NCBI GenBank assembly: GCA_015489175.1
Contig: WGAI01000067.1
Span: 1,799-65,798, forward strand
Reading direction: 5' to 3'
Source: a candidate division WOR-3 bacterium
GTDB taxonomy: Bacteria > Hydrothermota > Hydrothermia > B15-G9
DNA length: 64,000 bases
The notes below the pieces were generated by a model that saw nothing but the letters and a program-made list of their open reading frames with translations, did not search any database and was not told the DNA's origin. How positions within the stretch are numbered: position 1 is the first letter of the stretch; each line of letters opens with the position of its first letter. Of the stretch, positions 39,920 to 49,957 are shown piece by piece. Made by a program: the position numbers and the translations under genes.

Positions 39920-40819
39920 ATGAAGATGAAAAGGATTTTGATTGTTATCGGGCTTTTTGCGACCAGCACCTGGGGGCAGGGAGCGAGCTTCAGGTCGGCT
40001 TTCCCTGATTTCCCACCTGAGCCTTACGGCGCCGCCATAGGTGGCGCCGCAGTCGCCCTTACGGGCACGCCATCAGCACCATTCTGGAATCCGGCAGGCG
40101 CAGCTTTCATGGACGGCAGAGCTATCATGGCTGGCGGCTCAAAATTCCAGAACTGGCCCATCTACACGGCCAATCTGATTTACACACAGGGCGACCAGGG
40201 ATTTGGGGCCGCAGCACTCATCATCAACCATCTTGGACTTAAGGCATACGACGAGCAGGTCAAGTATCAGGAAAACAGCATATCATACACATGGGCGACG
40301 AAGCTCAGCGGAAGCATCGGTATCGGAGTCAAGGGCAAATACATCATGGCATCGTCAGACTTACAGGATGTTCAGGCAAGTGGTCTTTCGATCGATGCAG
40401 GCGTGCTGTTTAACCTTCAGGGGTTTGCCAACATCGGATTTACCGCAAAGGACATTCTTTCGACGCTGAAATGGAAGACGGGCAGGGTTGAGCACCTTCC
40501 CATCGTCTTTGAAGGTGGCATCGGCACGGCACCCCTGTTCCAGAGACTATCGCTTTTCGTGTCGTTCAGGGGAGAGCAAGGGATGGGCATATCTGACATC
40601 GGAGTTGGCACCGAAGCGTGGATAATGCCCGGCCGACTATCTCTGCGGCTTGGACTTGATAATAGGATCCTGAACAACATGATGTCGATATCCGGCGGAC
40701 TTGGCCTGATAATCCCGCTCGACATCTTCAGCAGCTACTTCATTAACTACTCTTTCGAGATGGGACAGAATATCGTCGGTGTGCAGCATCGGTTCTCGAT
40801 AGGGCTTAACTGGGAATGA
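39920..40819 (+). CDS. PorV/PorQ-like outer-membrane beta-barrel
   Basis: Signal peptide; AAIGGA.VA...APFWNPAG, SIGIGVKGKYI, SIDAG, LSLRLG, Y...G..HRFSIGLNW. Confidence 0.75.
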   Translation: MKMKRILIVIGLFATSTWGQGASFRSAFPDFPPEPYGAAIGGAAVALTGTPSAPFWNPAGAAFMDGRAIMAGGSKFQNWPIYTANLIYTQGDQGFGAAALIINHLGLKAYDEQVKYQENSISYTWATKLSGSIGIGVKGKYIMASSDLQDVQASGLSIDAGVLFNLQGFANIGFTAKDILSTLKWKTGRVEHLPIVFEGGIGTAPLFQRLSLFVSFRGEQGMGISDIGVGTEAWIMPGRLSLRLGLDNRILNNMMSISGGLGLIIPLDIFSSYFINYSFEMGQNIVGVQHRFSIGLNWE

Positions 40820-40823
40820 TGGG

Positions 40824-41348
40824 ATGAAAGTTAATTCATCGAAGAAGATCTATCAGGGCAGGATTTTGAACCTGAGGGTTGACGAGATAACACTCGATAA
40901 CGGCCGAAGGACCACGCGCGAGGTTGTTGAATACCGCGGCGCAGTGGCAATCGTGCCGATCATAGAAGATAAGATCCTGTTCGTCCGCCAGTTCAGATAT
41001 CCGGTCGGTGAGGAGCTTATCGAGATACCCGCCGGTAAGATCGAGGAAGGCGAGCATCCGGACGATACTGCTTACAGAGAGCTGATCGAGGAGACGGGTT
41101 ACAGGGCGGCTGAACTGAAATTGCTCTCGAGATTTTACACGGCTCCCGGTTACTCAACCGAAGAGCTCTACCTGTTTCTTGCCCCGAAACTCGAACCATC
41201 TGAGATGAGCCCTGACTTCGACGAGATCATTGAACCCGTTGAAATTCCGATGGATGAAGTGTATCGCATGCTTAAAAACGACGAGTTCCACGACGCCAAA
41301 ACCATACTCGGACTGCTCTGGTTCTTCAATTTCGTCAAAAACGATTGA
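40824..41348 (+). CDS. nudF: NUDIX hydrolase, ADP-ribose pyrophosphatase-like
   Basis: QFRYPV, EIPAG...AYRELIEETG, DAKT. Confidence 0.88.
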   Translation: MKVNSSKKIYQGRILNLRVDEITLDNGRRTTREVVEYRGAVAIVPIIEDKILFVRQFRYPVGEELIEIPAGKIEEGEHPDDTAYRELIEETGYRAAELKLLSRFYTAPGYSTEELYLFLAPKLEPSEMSPDFDEIIEPVEIPMDEVYRMLKNDEFHDAKTILGLLWFFNFVKND

Positions 41349-41437
41349 ATATCTCAATTATCTGGGACAGCCTTATTCCGCTTAATTCGGATTTGAAGCA
41401 GGGGAGGGTAGGGGGTAGATTTGTGGAGGTAGGTGGA

Positions 41438-43333
41438 ATGAACCAGAACGGATTTGTCAAGAAACTTACATCGTTTGTCTCCGTTGACAGGATACTCGAC
41501 AACATAGCATGGATTACGAGGTTCCACAGGATGCAGGCATCACCTGACCTGTTGAGGGCAGTGGAATATGCTGTCGAGCAATTTGAGAGTTACGGACTTG
41601 AAGCGGAACTTGTGAGGATACCCATCGGCGATTGGGTCGGCGGAGTGGCGGGTTTTGATGGCTGGGAGTGCACGGACGCCGAGCTCTGGCTCGAGGAGCC
41701 GGAAATGCGAAAGCTCGCTGATTGGCATGAAAATAAATTCAGTTTAATTCAGCGTTCAGCTGCAATTGATGGAGTTTTTGAGGTGACAGCTGACAAAGAT
41801 GGCGATCTCAGGGGCAAATTCCTGCTTACGGATGACATGAAGGACATCACCCGTGTCCACAAATACATCGACAAAGGCATTGTCGGCATCATTTTCTACG
41901 GTATCGGAGATAGATCAATCGACCTGCCCGACGCGCGGAGATACCTGTCTTTCTGGTGGACAAGGGGCTATCAGCGTAAAATTTCGGGTTTTACCCTGAC
42001 TTACAGGCAGGGGCTTTACCTCAAAGGACTTCTGGCGCAGGGGAAACAGGTCAAGATCCGCGCCAGAGTTAACAGCCGGTTTTACGATGGTACTTTCGAC
42101 ATTGCCACTGCAGTGCTGAGGGGCGAGTCACCTGAGGAGATCGTCCTGACTGCCCATATCTGCCATCCCAAGAACGAAGCCAACGATAATGCGTCAGGTG
42201 CTGGCGTCGTGATGGAGGTCGCCCGCGTGCTCAGCCATCTTGTGTCGAACGGCACCATAAAGCGTCCCGTAAGGAGCATCAGGTTCATCCTTGTGCCTGA
42301 GATCAACGGCTCCAATGCGTTCTACCTTGAACAACCTGATGTGGCCCGCAACGGGTTGATGGGCTTGAATTTTGACATGGTCGGCTCAAACCTGAAGCTG
42401 TCGAGGGGCGTTATGCTGTTAGACAAACATCCGGCCGTGCTCGGCGGCTATTCATCTGCACTTGTGAACAGGCTCAGGCGGAGGTTTGTTGACGGGGTGA
42501 AGAACTGGCTGGGGACAGCATACTTCAACGATGTGGCCATGGAGACCGTGCCTTTCGGAGATGGGACCGACCACCTTGTGCTGTCTGACCCGCATTTTGG
42601 CATACCTGCTCCCACGATGATAAACTGGCCTGACCGGTATTACCACACGGATCACGATACTATCGATAAACTTTCTGGGCACTCGCTGCGGATGGCTGCT
42701 GCAACCGGCGTCGCATTCGCCTTTATGACAGCTAATCCTGAGGGCGAGCACTTGAGATGCGCTGCAGATAGCGTGTTGCTGGATACCATCGAGGATATAC
42801 AAAGGGTTTTGAACGACGAGCTCGACCGCCTTGATGCAGGCATGAGCTCATCGATGCGGTTTATGGCCATGTTGAAACGGATTGCACAGCAGGGTTATGA
42901 TAACCTCAGGGCTGTCAAAAACGAAGGATTTGATGTTGCCGGGCACGAGACCCTCATATCCAACTATGTGACCGATCTCATCAAGATATACGAAAACCAA
43001 TTCGATGCGGACAGGGTGTTTCTCGATAAGGCGCTGTATCCGAATGATAAAACCCCGGTGAGGAAGGTCAAAGGCGTCTATTATCCGTGGTCGTGGATTC
43101 GGGAGAACAGGCCGGATCTGGCCGAAAAGTGGGATGAGCTCTCGGATGAAGCGGCCAGAGATGAGAATTTCATGAGCGTTCCGCATTTCGCTTATCTTTG
43201 GTTCGACGGCAACAAAAACACGCGCGAGGTGGCGTTCGACCTCGCATCAGTTTACGGAAAGCCAATTCACCCTGAGCAATACAGGTTTTATCTGGAATTG
43301 CTCGCTGATATCGATTTCATTGAGCTCAAGTGA
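41438..43333 (+). CDS. DUF4910/M28-type aminopeptidase-like protein
   Basis: TAHICHP, ANDNASG, VPEING, NFDMVG, TDH, WPDRYYHTDHD; ATG after GGAGGT. Confidence 0.8.
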   Translation: MNQNGFVKKLTSFVSVDRILDNIAWITRFHRMQASPDLLRAVEYAVEQFESYGLEAELVRIPIGDWVGGVAGFDGWECTDAELWLEEPEMRKLADWHENKFSLIQRSAAIDGVFEVTADKDGDLRGKFLLTDDMKDITRVHKYIDKGIVGIIFYGIGDRSIDLPDARRYLSFWWTRGYQRKISGFTLTYRQGLYLKGLLAQGKQVKIRARVNSRFYDGTFDIATAVLRGESPEEIVLTAHICHPKNEANDNASGAGVVMEVARVLSHLVSNGTIKRPVRSIRFILVPEINGSNAFYLEQPDVARNGLMGLNFDMVGSNLKLSRGVMLLDKHPAVLGGYSSALVNRLRRRFVDGVKNWLGTAYFNDVAMETVPFGDGTDHLVLSDPHFGIPAPTMINWPDRYYHTDHDTIDKLSGHSLRMAAATGVAFAFMTANPEGEHLRCAADSVLLDTIEDIQRVLNDELDRLDAGMSSSMRFMAMLKRIAQQGYDNLRAVKNEGFDVAGHETLISNYVTDLIKIYENQFDADRVFLDKALYPNDKTPVRKVKGVYYPWSWIRENRPDLAEKWDELSDEAARDENFMSVPHFAYLWFDGNKNTREVAFDLASVYGKPIHPEQYRFYLELLADIDFIELK

Positions 43334-43406
43334 TCATGTCCCCCGCTATGGACATGATTTGAATATGCCTGTTGAATATACCCCATAAACAATAGAGGAG
43401 GTAAAG

Positions 43407-44624
43407 ATGGCGTTGTGGATGGCTTTTCTCGCTTTTTCTTTTTATTCGGTCCCGTCGGGAAAGCTTAACTCTGTCAAAAGTTACATCTACTATCGCGGCG
43501 AAAAATTTGACAAAAAGCTCAAAAATTACGATCTCGTGATAGTCCCGCCAGATTTTAAAAGGAAATTCGTAAAAAAACTGCACAGATACGGCAAAAAGGT
43601 GGTAGTCTCCGTCAAAAAAGAGGACAATTTTGCGCCTTACCACATTCTGGAGAGTGAGAAGCCTGAAGAGAATTTCGACGGTTTTTTTATCATACTCCAG
43701 CCGTCCGATACCGATTTCGTCAGGATGCTGCACGACACATTTCCGGATAAGGCGATCATAATTTCGACAGATGTGATTCACATTGAGCCGTTTTTGGACT
43801 ACATCGATGGGTATATGTGGAGGTTTTTCTCCACTGAATTCAAAAATGTCCGATACACGGTCAAGACCGATGTAGATGAAATTCATAGGGAGAACTACCT
43901 TGCGATCAACATCCTAAACAGGCTGAGGAAATATCGTAAGAATTTCAAGGTGTTTTCCCTCGATGTGCTGACGATACCTGATACGCAATCCATTGTCGCG
44001 TGCTATTACCGGGCCAGAAGGCTCGATTTCATAGAGTATGTTGGTACTCCGGCGCTTAACTTCGTGATTTACATACCCGACACCTTCCATGTCGATTCCG
44101 CTTACGCCTATGGCTCGTTCGACCCTGTTTTCAAACTGCCATCGCAGATTGTGCGCGACACGAGCCCTGAGAACATAGCCCTTGCCATTAACGGAGCTGA
44201 GGCTTACTGCGATTCAAAGGCTCCGTGGGCCGACATCTCGGTTGTGAACGACGGATACATAAACGATCCGGCCATCGAATGGCTTATTCCTATCAATTGG
44301 GCGAGCGGCTCAGATTCCGCAGCCCATTATGTGGAAATTCGGTTTGCGGACGAGTATTACCTCGATTCGGTCAAAATTTACTGGCCTATCGTGAACGGCG
44401 TTCCTTTGTCTCCGAAACGCTATCGGTTGGAGGCATGGAGCTCAGAGCGCCAGTTCTGGTGGCCAATGGTGATTGCGACCGATTCCAGACCTCGAAAGAT
44501 GGATAAGTTTGTGTTTACGGATGCGTATGCTGGCAGAATCAGGATTTACATCGCCCCCGGAGACGGGCCGAAAATGTATCCGTTTCAGCTGTGGGTGAGT
44601 GAAATAAAAGCCTATGGAGAGTAA
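43407..44624 (+). CDS. Secreted protein: degenerate GH114/PelA-like region plus discoidin-like (F5/8 C) domain
   Basis: SYIYYRG...YDLVIV.P...FDGFF...KVFSLD...ARRLDFIEYV; C-terminal NIALAING...WASG...HYVEI.F...VKIYW...RIRI...SEIKAY. Confidence 0.45.
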   Translation: MALWMAFLAFSFYSVPSGKLNSVKSYIYYRGEKFDKKLKNYDLVIVPPDFKRKFVKKLHRYGKKVVVSVKKEDNFAPYHILESEKPEENFDGFFIILQPSDTDFVRMLHDTFPDKAIIISTDVIHIEPFLDYIDGYMWRFFSTEFKNVRYTVKTDVDEIHRENYLAINILNRLRKYRKNFKVFSLDVLTIPDTQSIVACYYRARRLDFIEYVGTPALNFVIYIPDTFHVDSAYAYGSFDPVFKLPSQIVRDTSPENIALAINGAEAYCDSKAPWADISVVNDGYINDPAIEWLIPINWASGSDSAAHYVEIRFADEYYLDSVKIYWPIVNGVPLSPKRYRLEAWSSERQFWWPMVIATDSRPRKMDKFVFTDAYAGRIRIYIAPGDGPKMYPFQLWVSEIKAYGE

Positions 44625-44659
44625 AATAAACATCCAAAATCAAAGGAGAGTGATATAAC

Positions 44660-47600
44660 ATGAGAAAAACGATTGCTTTGTTGCTTATGCTGGGATACGG
44701 TTATGGCTCGGTCGGCATCCTGCATCGCGGATCCGCCGATGTAATGCTTCAGGACAGCCTTTTTGACCGTGCCCTGATGGAGCGAACCATCCGCGTCAAG
44801 CAGGCGATCAACCCATACTGGCGCCAGAGGCCCCCTCTTTTTACTGTTCCAGCCTTCAAAAATGGGCTTGGCGGGAGCAAGGGCGACACGGTGGTGATCA
44901 GGATTTTAGCGATACGCGTGGATTTCCCGCTTGAAGACCCTGATGACCCCGCAACCACCGGAAACGGAAAATTCAGGCTCACCGACAACGGCAGGAACCC
45001 AATTCTCAGGGTGGATGCCAACGGCGACACGGTGTTTAACCCACTCTACGACCCGCCTCACGATAAACGCTATTTTGAGCATCTGCTGGAATATGTTGCG
45101 GACTACTATCGCAATGTGACCTATGGGAAAGTCAAGGTGGAGTTCGTTGTCATACCGCAGGAGGATGATTCAGCTTATCACCTGCCACACTCGATCAGAT
45201 ATTATGGCGACACCAGCAACTGGATCTACGGATTGGCATCGATCATCAGAGATGCGTTCAAAGTTGCGGATCGCGATGTGAATTTGCCGTTCACTTTCAC
45301 AGATCTGGATGGAAATGGTGTCAAGGACGCCATGGAAGGCGTGTTGGACAGATATGTCATCTTCCACGCTGGCAGTGCGTGGCAGACGGACATCATGAAC
45401 AACACACCTTTTGACATACCCGCCGTCTATGTCCCGCCGGCAGTTATGGAGTATGCGTTTGGAAGGCCTTTCATCGTGCTGAACGAGGGAGCGGATACCG
45501 TCTGGGACGCCGCTGTAATGCCGGAACAGATGACGCAGGACGGCGTTGAGTCGAGACTTCAGGCCACGCTTGTCCATGAATCCATGCATAACTTCTTTTC
45601 TGCGCCGGATTTATACGATGTGTCCTATCATGGTGCTGGGATCGGCGCATGGGGCATCATGGCGACGGGGGGCTATCTCAGCTATGAATCTCCAGACGGC
45701 GACACGATACCCGAAGGCCTGATCGCGCCCCTCCCGTGTGCTTTCATGAGGTGGTGGGCGAGCTGGGTTGTTGACCTGATCTGGGGACAGGGTGGCACAT
45801 TGGGAAATGAATTTCAAACCGTGCAGCCGTCCGCCGATTTCGATACGCTTTCGGTTTATCCATCAGCTGTGCTGACCGACAGCAGCGGTAACTTTCTGGA
45901 AGATCCGCATGGCAGACCGCGTTTTTACAAAATCCCGATCAACGACCACGAGTATTACCTCCTGGAATACCGCCAAAAGGATCTCAATGGCGATTCGACA
46001 GTCAAAGGGTTGTGGCGGGACGGCGTTTTTGTGTCCTTTTTCGGTGAAAACGATTATCTTCTGCCCGGAAAGGGACTTTTGATATGGCACATCGACGAGA
46101 ACATACTGTGGGATAACTATGCTTACAACGAAATTCAGGTGCCTCGCCCGATGGCAGTTGACCTTGAAGAGGCCGATCATGTGCAGGATCTCGAAAGTTT
46201 CATGCCGCCAGACATGCATCCATATCAGTATGTCTGGTTTGGCTGCCCCTACGATCCTTATTTTGAAGGAAACAACACCGAATTTTCCGATACTTCGAGG
46301 CCATCATCGCTGGACAACGAGGGTGGACACACGGGAATCAAGATCTTCGACATCTCTCGACCTGAAAGTTTGATGACTTTCGTGTTCGGATACCAGAACA
46401 GCATAAGCGGATTCCCGATTTTGCTAATACCTGAGCATCAGACGATAGATTCTGGCAGGACATTCCTCCGTTACAGGTCAAACTCGATCGTTTCCACCTA
46501 TCTAAAATATGATTCGCTGTCCGACATCATCTGGGCAGTGGCCGATGTGGTTGTCGATACCGTGCGCGAGAACTTCATAAACGGTTCGGTCGATACGCTC
46601 TCACACTTCCGAGAGATAGACATCTTTGCTGTTGACGGGCAGGGCAATGTAGTTGCCAGCTCGAAGATGGCGAATGCGGGCTTCACTTACGGGATTGCGC
46701 TTTCCGATATCGACGGAGACAGCGCGATGGAGCTCATCTTCGGGACAACCAACCAGAAACTTTACGCCCTTGCGCTTGAGAACAATTCCATAATTTCGAG
46801 GTGGTTCAGGCCAGCGCCGTCGCCGGACGCCATAATGGTTGCCCCTGTCGTGACAAATTCCGCGATATTCGTCGGGAACGAAAATCAGGAGCTTGCGAAA
46901 TACGAGCTCAACGGGGCTGTCGGGTCATCGATCTTCTTCGGCACACCTGTCAGGACGTCTCCGGCTTTTGCCGACGGAAAGCTCTGGTTCCTCTCGACCG
47001 ACGGCAGGTTCTTCAAGATAGATCCAGATGGATTTACGGTGATGGATTCTGCGCTTAACGAACTTGTGATTGAGTCAAAGCTTCCACCTGCCGCGTCCAA
47101 TTTGAAAGACGATGGGAAGCTCTATGTCGCTGTCGCAAGGGTTGATAGCGAGCTTGTGGTGCTGGATTCATCGCTTTCGGTAGTGTGGCACCGTGCGTTG
47201 AGCGGCGTTCCGATTGCGGGGCCAGCTGTGGGCGATATAGATGGCGATGGGCGTGGCGAGGTCGTAGTCCTTACTGACAAAAAGCTGTTTGCTTTCAACC
47301 ACAACGGCTCCCTTATGTCCGGATTCCCGATCAATATTGAGACGGACACCATTCGGGATGCTGGCGCTATTGTCCTTGCCGATGTGAACGGCGACGGCAA
47401 GCCCGATATCCTCTTTCAGAACGGCAGAAAGGGGATTCAGGCATACGATTATCGCGGCACGCCTGTGGACGGATACCCCCTCCAGCTCGCAGGTGATGCG
47501 GATTTCATCGCAGCCAATGTTGTTAGCTCTACGGACAACACCGAGCTCATTGCATTTGATAGCAAGGGCTATCTGCGCGGCTATCAGCTTGATGGGAGCG

Positions 47601-47965
47601 AGATCGCATGGTCACAGTTCGGGGCAGATGAGCGAAATAACTCCTTTGTGGAAATTCAGGGCGATTCGTCGAACGGCAACGGCACGGGCATCGACCGGGT
47701 TTATTTCTACCCTAACCCTACACACGACGGCATGGTCAGGCTCAGGTTCAACGCTCAGGAGCCCGGTCATGTCAGTGTCCTGCTGGTAACCCAATCTGGC
47801 CTGATAATTGGGCAGTATGGGCCTTTCGATGTGGAGGGCGGTGGCTACGAGGAGGTGCCACTCGACCTGTCCAGTATGGCAAGCGGACTTTACATCGTTC
47901 GGGTGAAATTCGACTTAGAAAGCGGGACATACATCAGATTTTTGAAGCTTGCTATTGAGAGGTGA
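44660..47965 (+). CDS. M6 (immune inhibitor A-like) metalloprotease with FG-GAP repeats and T9SS-type C-terminal domain
   Basis: IFHAG, HESMH...PDLYD, WGIMATG, EYYLLEYR, GLLIWHIDE; D(I/V)(D/N)GDG repeats; FYPNP...MASGLYIVRV...KLAIER. Confidence 0.88.
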   Translation: MRKTIALLLMLGYGYGSVGILHRGSADVMLQDSLFDRALMERTIRVKQAINPYWRQRPPLFTVPAFKNGLGGSKGDTVVIRILAIRVDFPLEDPDDPATTGNGKFRLTDNGRNPILRVDANGDTVFNPLYDPPHDKRYFEHLLEYVADYYRNVTYGKVKVEFVVIPQEDDSAYHLPHSIRYYGDTSNWIYGLASIIRDAFKVADRDVNLPFTFTDLDGNGVKDAMEGVLDRYVIFHAGSAWQTDIMNNTPFDIPAVYVPPAVMEYAFGRPFIVLNEGADTVWDAAVMPEQMTQDGVESRLQATLVHESMHNFFSAPDLYDVSYHGAGIGAWGIMATGGYLSYESPDGDTIPEGLIAPLPCAFMRWWASWVVDLIWGQGGTLGNEFQTVQPSADFDTLSVYPSAVLTDSSGNFLEDPHGRPRFYKIPINDHEYYLLEYRQKDLNGDSTVKGLWRDGVFVSFFGENDYLLPGKGLLIWHIDENILWDNYAYNEIQVPRPMAVDLEEADHVQDLESFMPPDMHPYQYVWFGCPYDPYFEGNNTEFSDTSRPSSLDNEGGHTGIKIFDISRPESLMTFVFGYQNSISGFPILLIPEHQTIDSGRTFLRYRSNSIVSTYLKYDSLSDIIWAVADVVVDTVRENFINGSVDTLSHFREIDIFAVDGQGNVVASSKMANAGFTYGIALSDIDGDSAMELIFGTTNQKLYALALENNSIISRWFRPAPSPDAIMVAPVVTNSAIFVGNENQELAKYELNGAVGSSIFFGTPVRTSPAFADGKLWFLSTDGRFFKIDPDGFTVMDSALNELVIESKLPPAASNLKDDGKLYVAVARVDSELVVLDSSLSVVWHRALSGVPIAGPAVGDIDGDGRGEVVVLTDKKLFAFNHNGSLMSGFPINIETDTIRDAGAIVLADVNGDGKPDILFQNGRKGIQAYDYRGTPVDGYPLQLAGDADFIAANVVSSTDNTELIAFDSKGYLRGYQLDGSEIAWSQFGADERNNSFVEIQGDSSNGNGTGIDRVYFYPNPTHDGMVRLRFNAQEPGHVSVLLVTQSGLIIGQYGPFDVEGGGYEEVPLDLSSMASGLYIVRVKFDLESGTYIRFLKLAIER

Positions 47966-48013
47966 TCGGTCGTAGCAGGCTGCTGTGATTGCAGGCTTTG
48001 GTTCTGACATCGA

Positions 48014-48038
48014 CCCCGCCGCCCGAAGGGCGGCGGGG
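48014..48038. terminator. GC-rich hairpin between convergent genes
   Basis: CCCCGCCGCCC-GAA-GGGCGGCGGGG. Confidence 0.7.
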
Positions 48039-48124
48039 CGTCCTGTTCCGCTTAGAACTCAGCTTTGTCCTGACCTTATCGCCACCAAGCTTTTGGTTGT
48101 TCGCAGGCTGTTTTGAGCCTGTGT

Positions 48125-49957
48125 TTAAGTTTCGCTCCTGCCTCCAAGGTATTTTGCAAGGAACCTGTCTGCCCGCCTGAAGAAGTCGAGCCGATTTTTC
48201 GCCTTCATGAAACCGTGTCCCTCATCCGGGTATTCGACATATTCGACAGGTATGTCGCGCTTCTTCAGAGCTTCAAATATCTGTATGCTCTCCGTGCGTT
48301 TCACGCGCGGGTCGTTTTTCCCCTGACCGATGAGCAGCGGAACATTTATCCTGTCGGCGCTGAACAGCGGTGACCTCGATTTCAGGAATTCTTCATCTTT
48401 TTCGGGATGGCCTATCCTTTTGTAAAGCATGTTGAGATAAGGCTTCCAGTAAGGTGGGATGGAGTTTATGAATGTTATCAGGTTTGACGGACCGACGATG
48501 TCAACTCCACAGCAATAGAGCTCAGGCGTGAACGCAACTCCCGCGAGTGTGGCATATCCGCCGTAAGAACCTCCCATTATCGCTATCCTTTCTGGATCAG
48601 CAATTCCCTGTTCTATCAGCCATTTGACGCCATCCGTGATGTCATCCTGCATCTTGCCGCCCCATTCCCTATCACCTGCATTTATGAAAGCCTTACCGTA
48701 TCCGGTCGAGCCCCTGTAATTCACCTGCAAAACAGCATAGCCCCTGTTTGCAAGCCATTGAACCATAGGATTGTAACCCCATGTATCGCGCCACCATGGC
48801 CCACCGTGAATAAGCACCACCGTCGGCAATTTCCTCGGCTCTTTACCGGGCGGTAATGTCAGGTAGCCGTGGATTGTGAGGCCGTCCCGCGCCGTGTATT
48901 TGATAGGCTTCATCTCCGCAAGCGTGTATTTTTCAAGTTCAGGCCGCGATACGAAAAGCAGTTTGCCTTTGCCACTGTTGCGGTCGTAGATGTAATAGTG
49001 GACGGATTGCCTGTCACCTTGAAACTCTACAAGCCACAGGCTGTTGTCCTTGTTCCTTGATGTTACAGTGAAGTATCCGGATTCGAGCTCACCGATGCGT
49101 TTGAAGTCCTCCTCAAGCTCCGAATCCAGCACGATCCATTCCAGTTTGTCCCTGATTACCCCAACCGCTTCCGGTTTTCGGGCATAGGGATGGAAAAGGA
49201 GCATCGGGGAAAGGTCAAACTCATCGTCGGACGCAAGAGTCCTTTCTTCGAGTGTTGATGGGTCTATCTCCACAAGGGCGTTGGTGTTGCGGTTTACGCT
49301 GCTGAGCATATAGAGCTTCCCGTTTCGGGCTTTAAGAAGATAGGTCGCGAGTTCATCTTCCTGAGAGACATCCATAAGATGTTCAAACTGCCCGTTTCGT
49401 CTGGCGTAGATACTGAGGCCTCCCGTCTCAAGAGGTGCCGCGTAGGCCACAAGGTCGAGCTTTTCGTCACCGACAAATGAGAGAGCGCTGACATCGTTAC
49501 GGAACACCATATTGAGCTCGCCCGTGCGCGTGTTGAGCCGATAGATATCCATAAATCTGCGGTCCCTTTTGTTCATCTGAATTAGCATCTCATCGGGGAA
49601 ATCGGGGTGATTCTTGACCATCAACGCCTGCACATCAGTCTCTGGCGTAAGGAGTTTGGGCTCCTCTTTACCGCGAAAATCAACGGCAAAGATCCTGAAG
49701 TTTTCATCCCCGTTGATGTCCTGATAATAGATAATCTGCTCCCCGTTCCACATCCAGTTATACCATGCTACCTCACGCTCCCTATCCCTTGTGACAGGCC
49801 ATTTCTCGCCGCTTTCCAGATCTTGAACCCAGATGTTTTTCAGGCCTTCAAATGGGGCTACATAGGAAACAGACCGCCCGTCAGGCGATATCTTCACATT
49901 GGCGATTTGGGCATCGCCGAACAGAACTTCGAGCGGTATAAGCGGGACATTTCTCAT
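48125..49957 (-). CDS. S9 family peptidase (acylaminoacyl/dipeptidyl peptidase)
   Basis: HGGP, NYRGSTGYG, GGSYGGY, NDPRV, DEGHG; ATG 49957 after GGAGG. Confidence 0.93.
   Translation of the reverse strand: MRNVPLIPLEVLFGDAQIANVKISPDGRSVSYVAPFEGLKNIWVQDLESGEKWPVTRDREREVAWYNWMWNGEQIIYYQDINGDENFRIFAVDFRGKEEPKLLTPETDVQALMVKNHPDFPDEMLIQMNKRDRRFMDIYRLNTRTGELNMVFRNDVSALSFVGDEKLDLVAYAAPLETGGLSIYARRNGQFEHLMDVSQEDELATYLLKARNGKLYMLSSVNRNTNALVEIDPSTLEERTLASDDEFDLSPMLLFHPYARKPEAVGVIRDKLEWIVLDSELEEDFKRIGELESGYFTVTSRNKDNSLWLVEFQGDRQSVHYYIYDRNSGKGKLLFVSRPELEKYTLAEMKPIKYTARDGLTIHGYLTLPPGKEPRKLPTVVLIHGGPWWRDTWGYNPMVQWLANRGYAVLQVNYRGSTGYGKAFINAGDREWGGKMQDDITDGVKWLIEQGIADPERIAIMGGSYGGYATLAGVAFTPELYCCGVDIVGPSNLITFINSIPPYWKPYLNMLYKRIGHPEKDEEFLKSRSPLFSADRINVPLLIGQGKNDPRVKRTESIQIFEALKKRDIPVEYVEYPDEGHGFMKAKNRLDFFRRADRFLAKYLGGRSET

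Noticed and set aside
43326-43886. 186-aa minus-strand ORF
   Set aside because: Antisense to the 43407 gene, which has a strong RBS (AGAGGAGGT) and a signal peptide.
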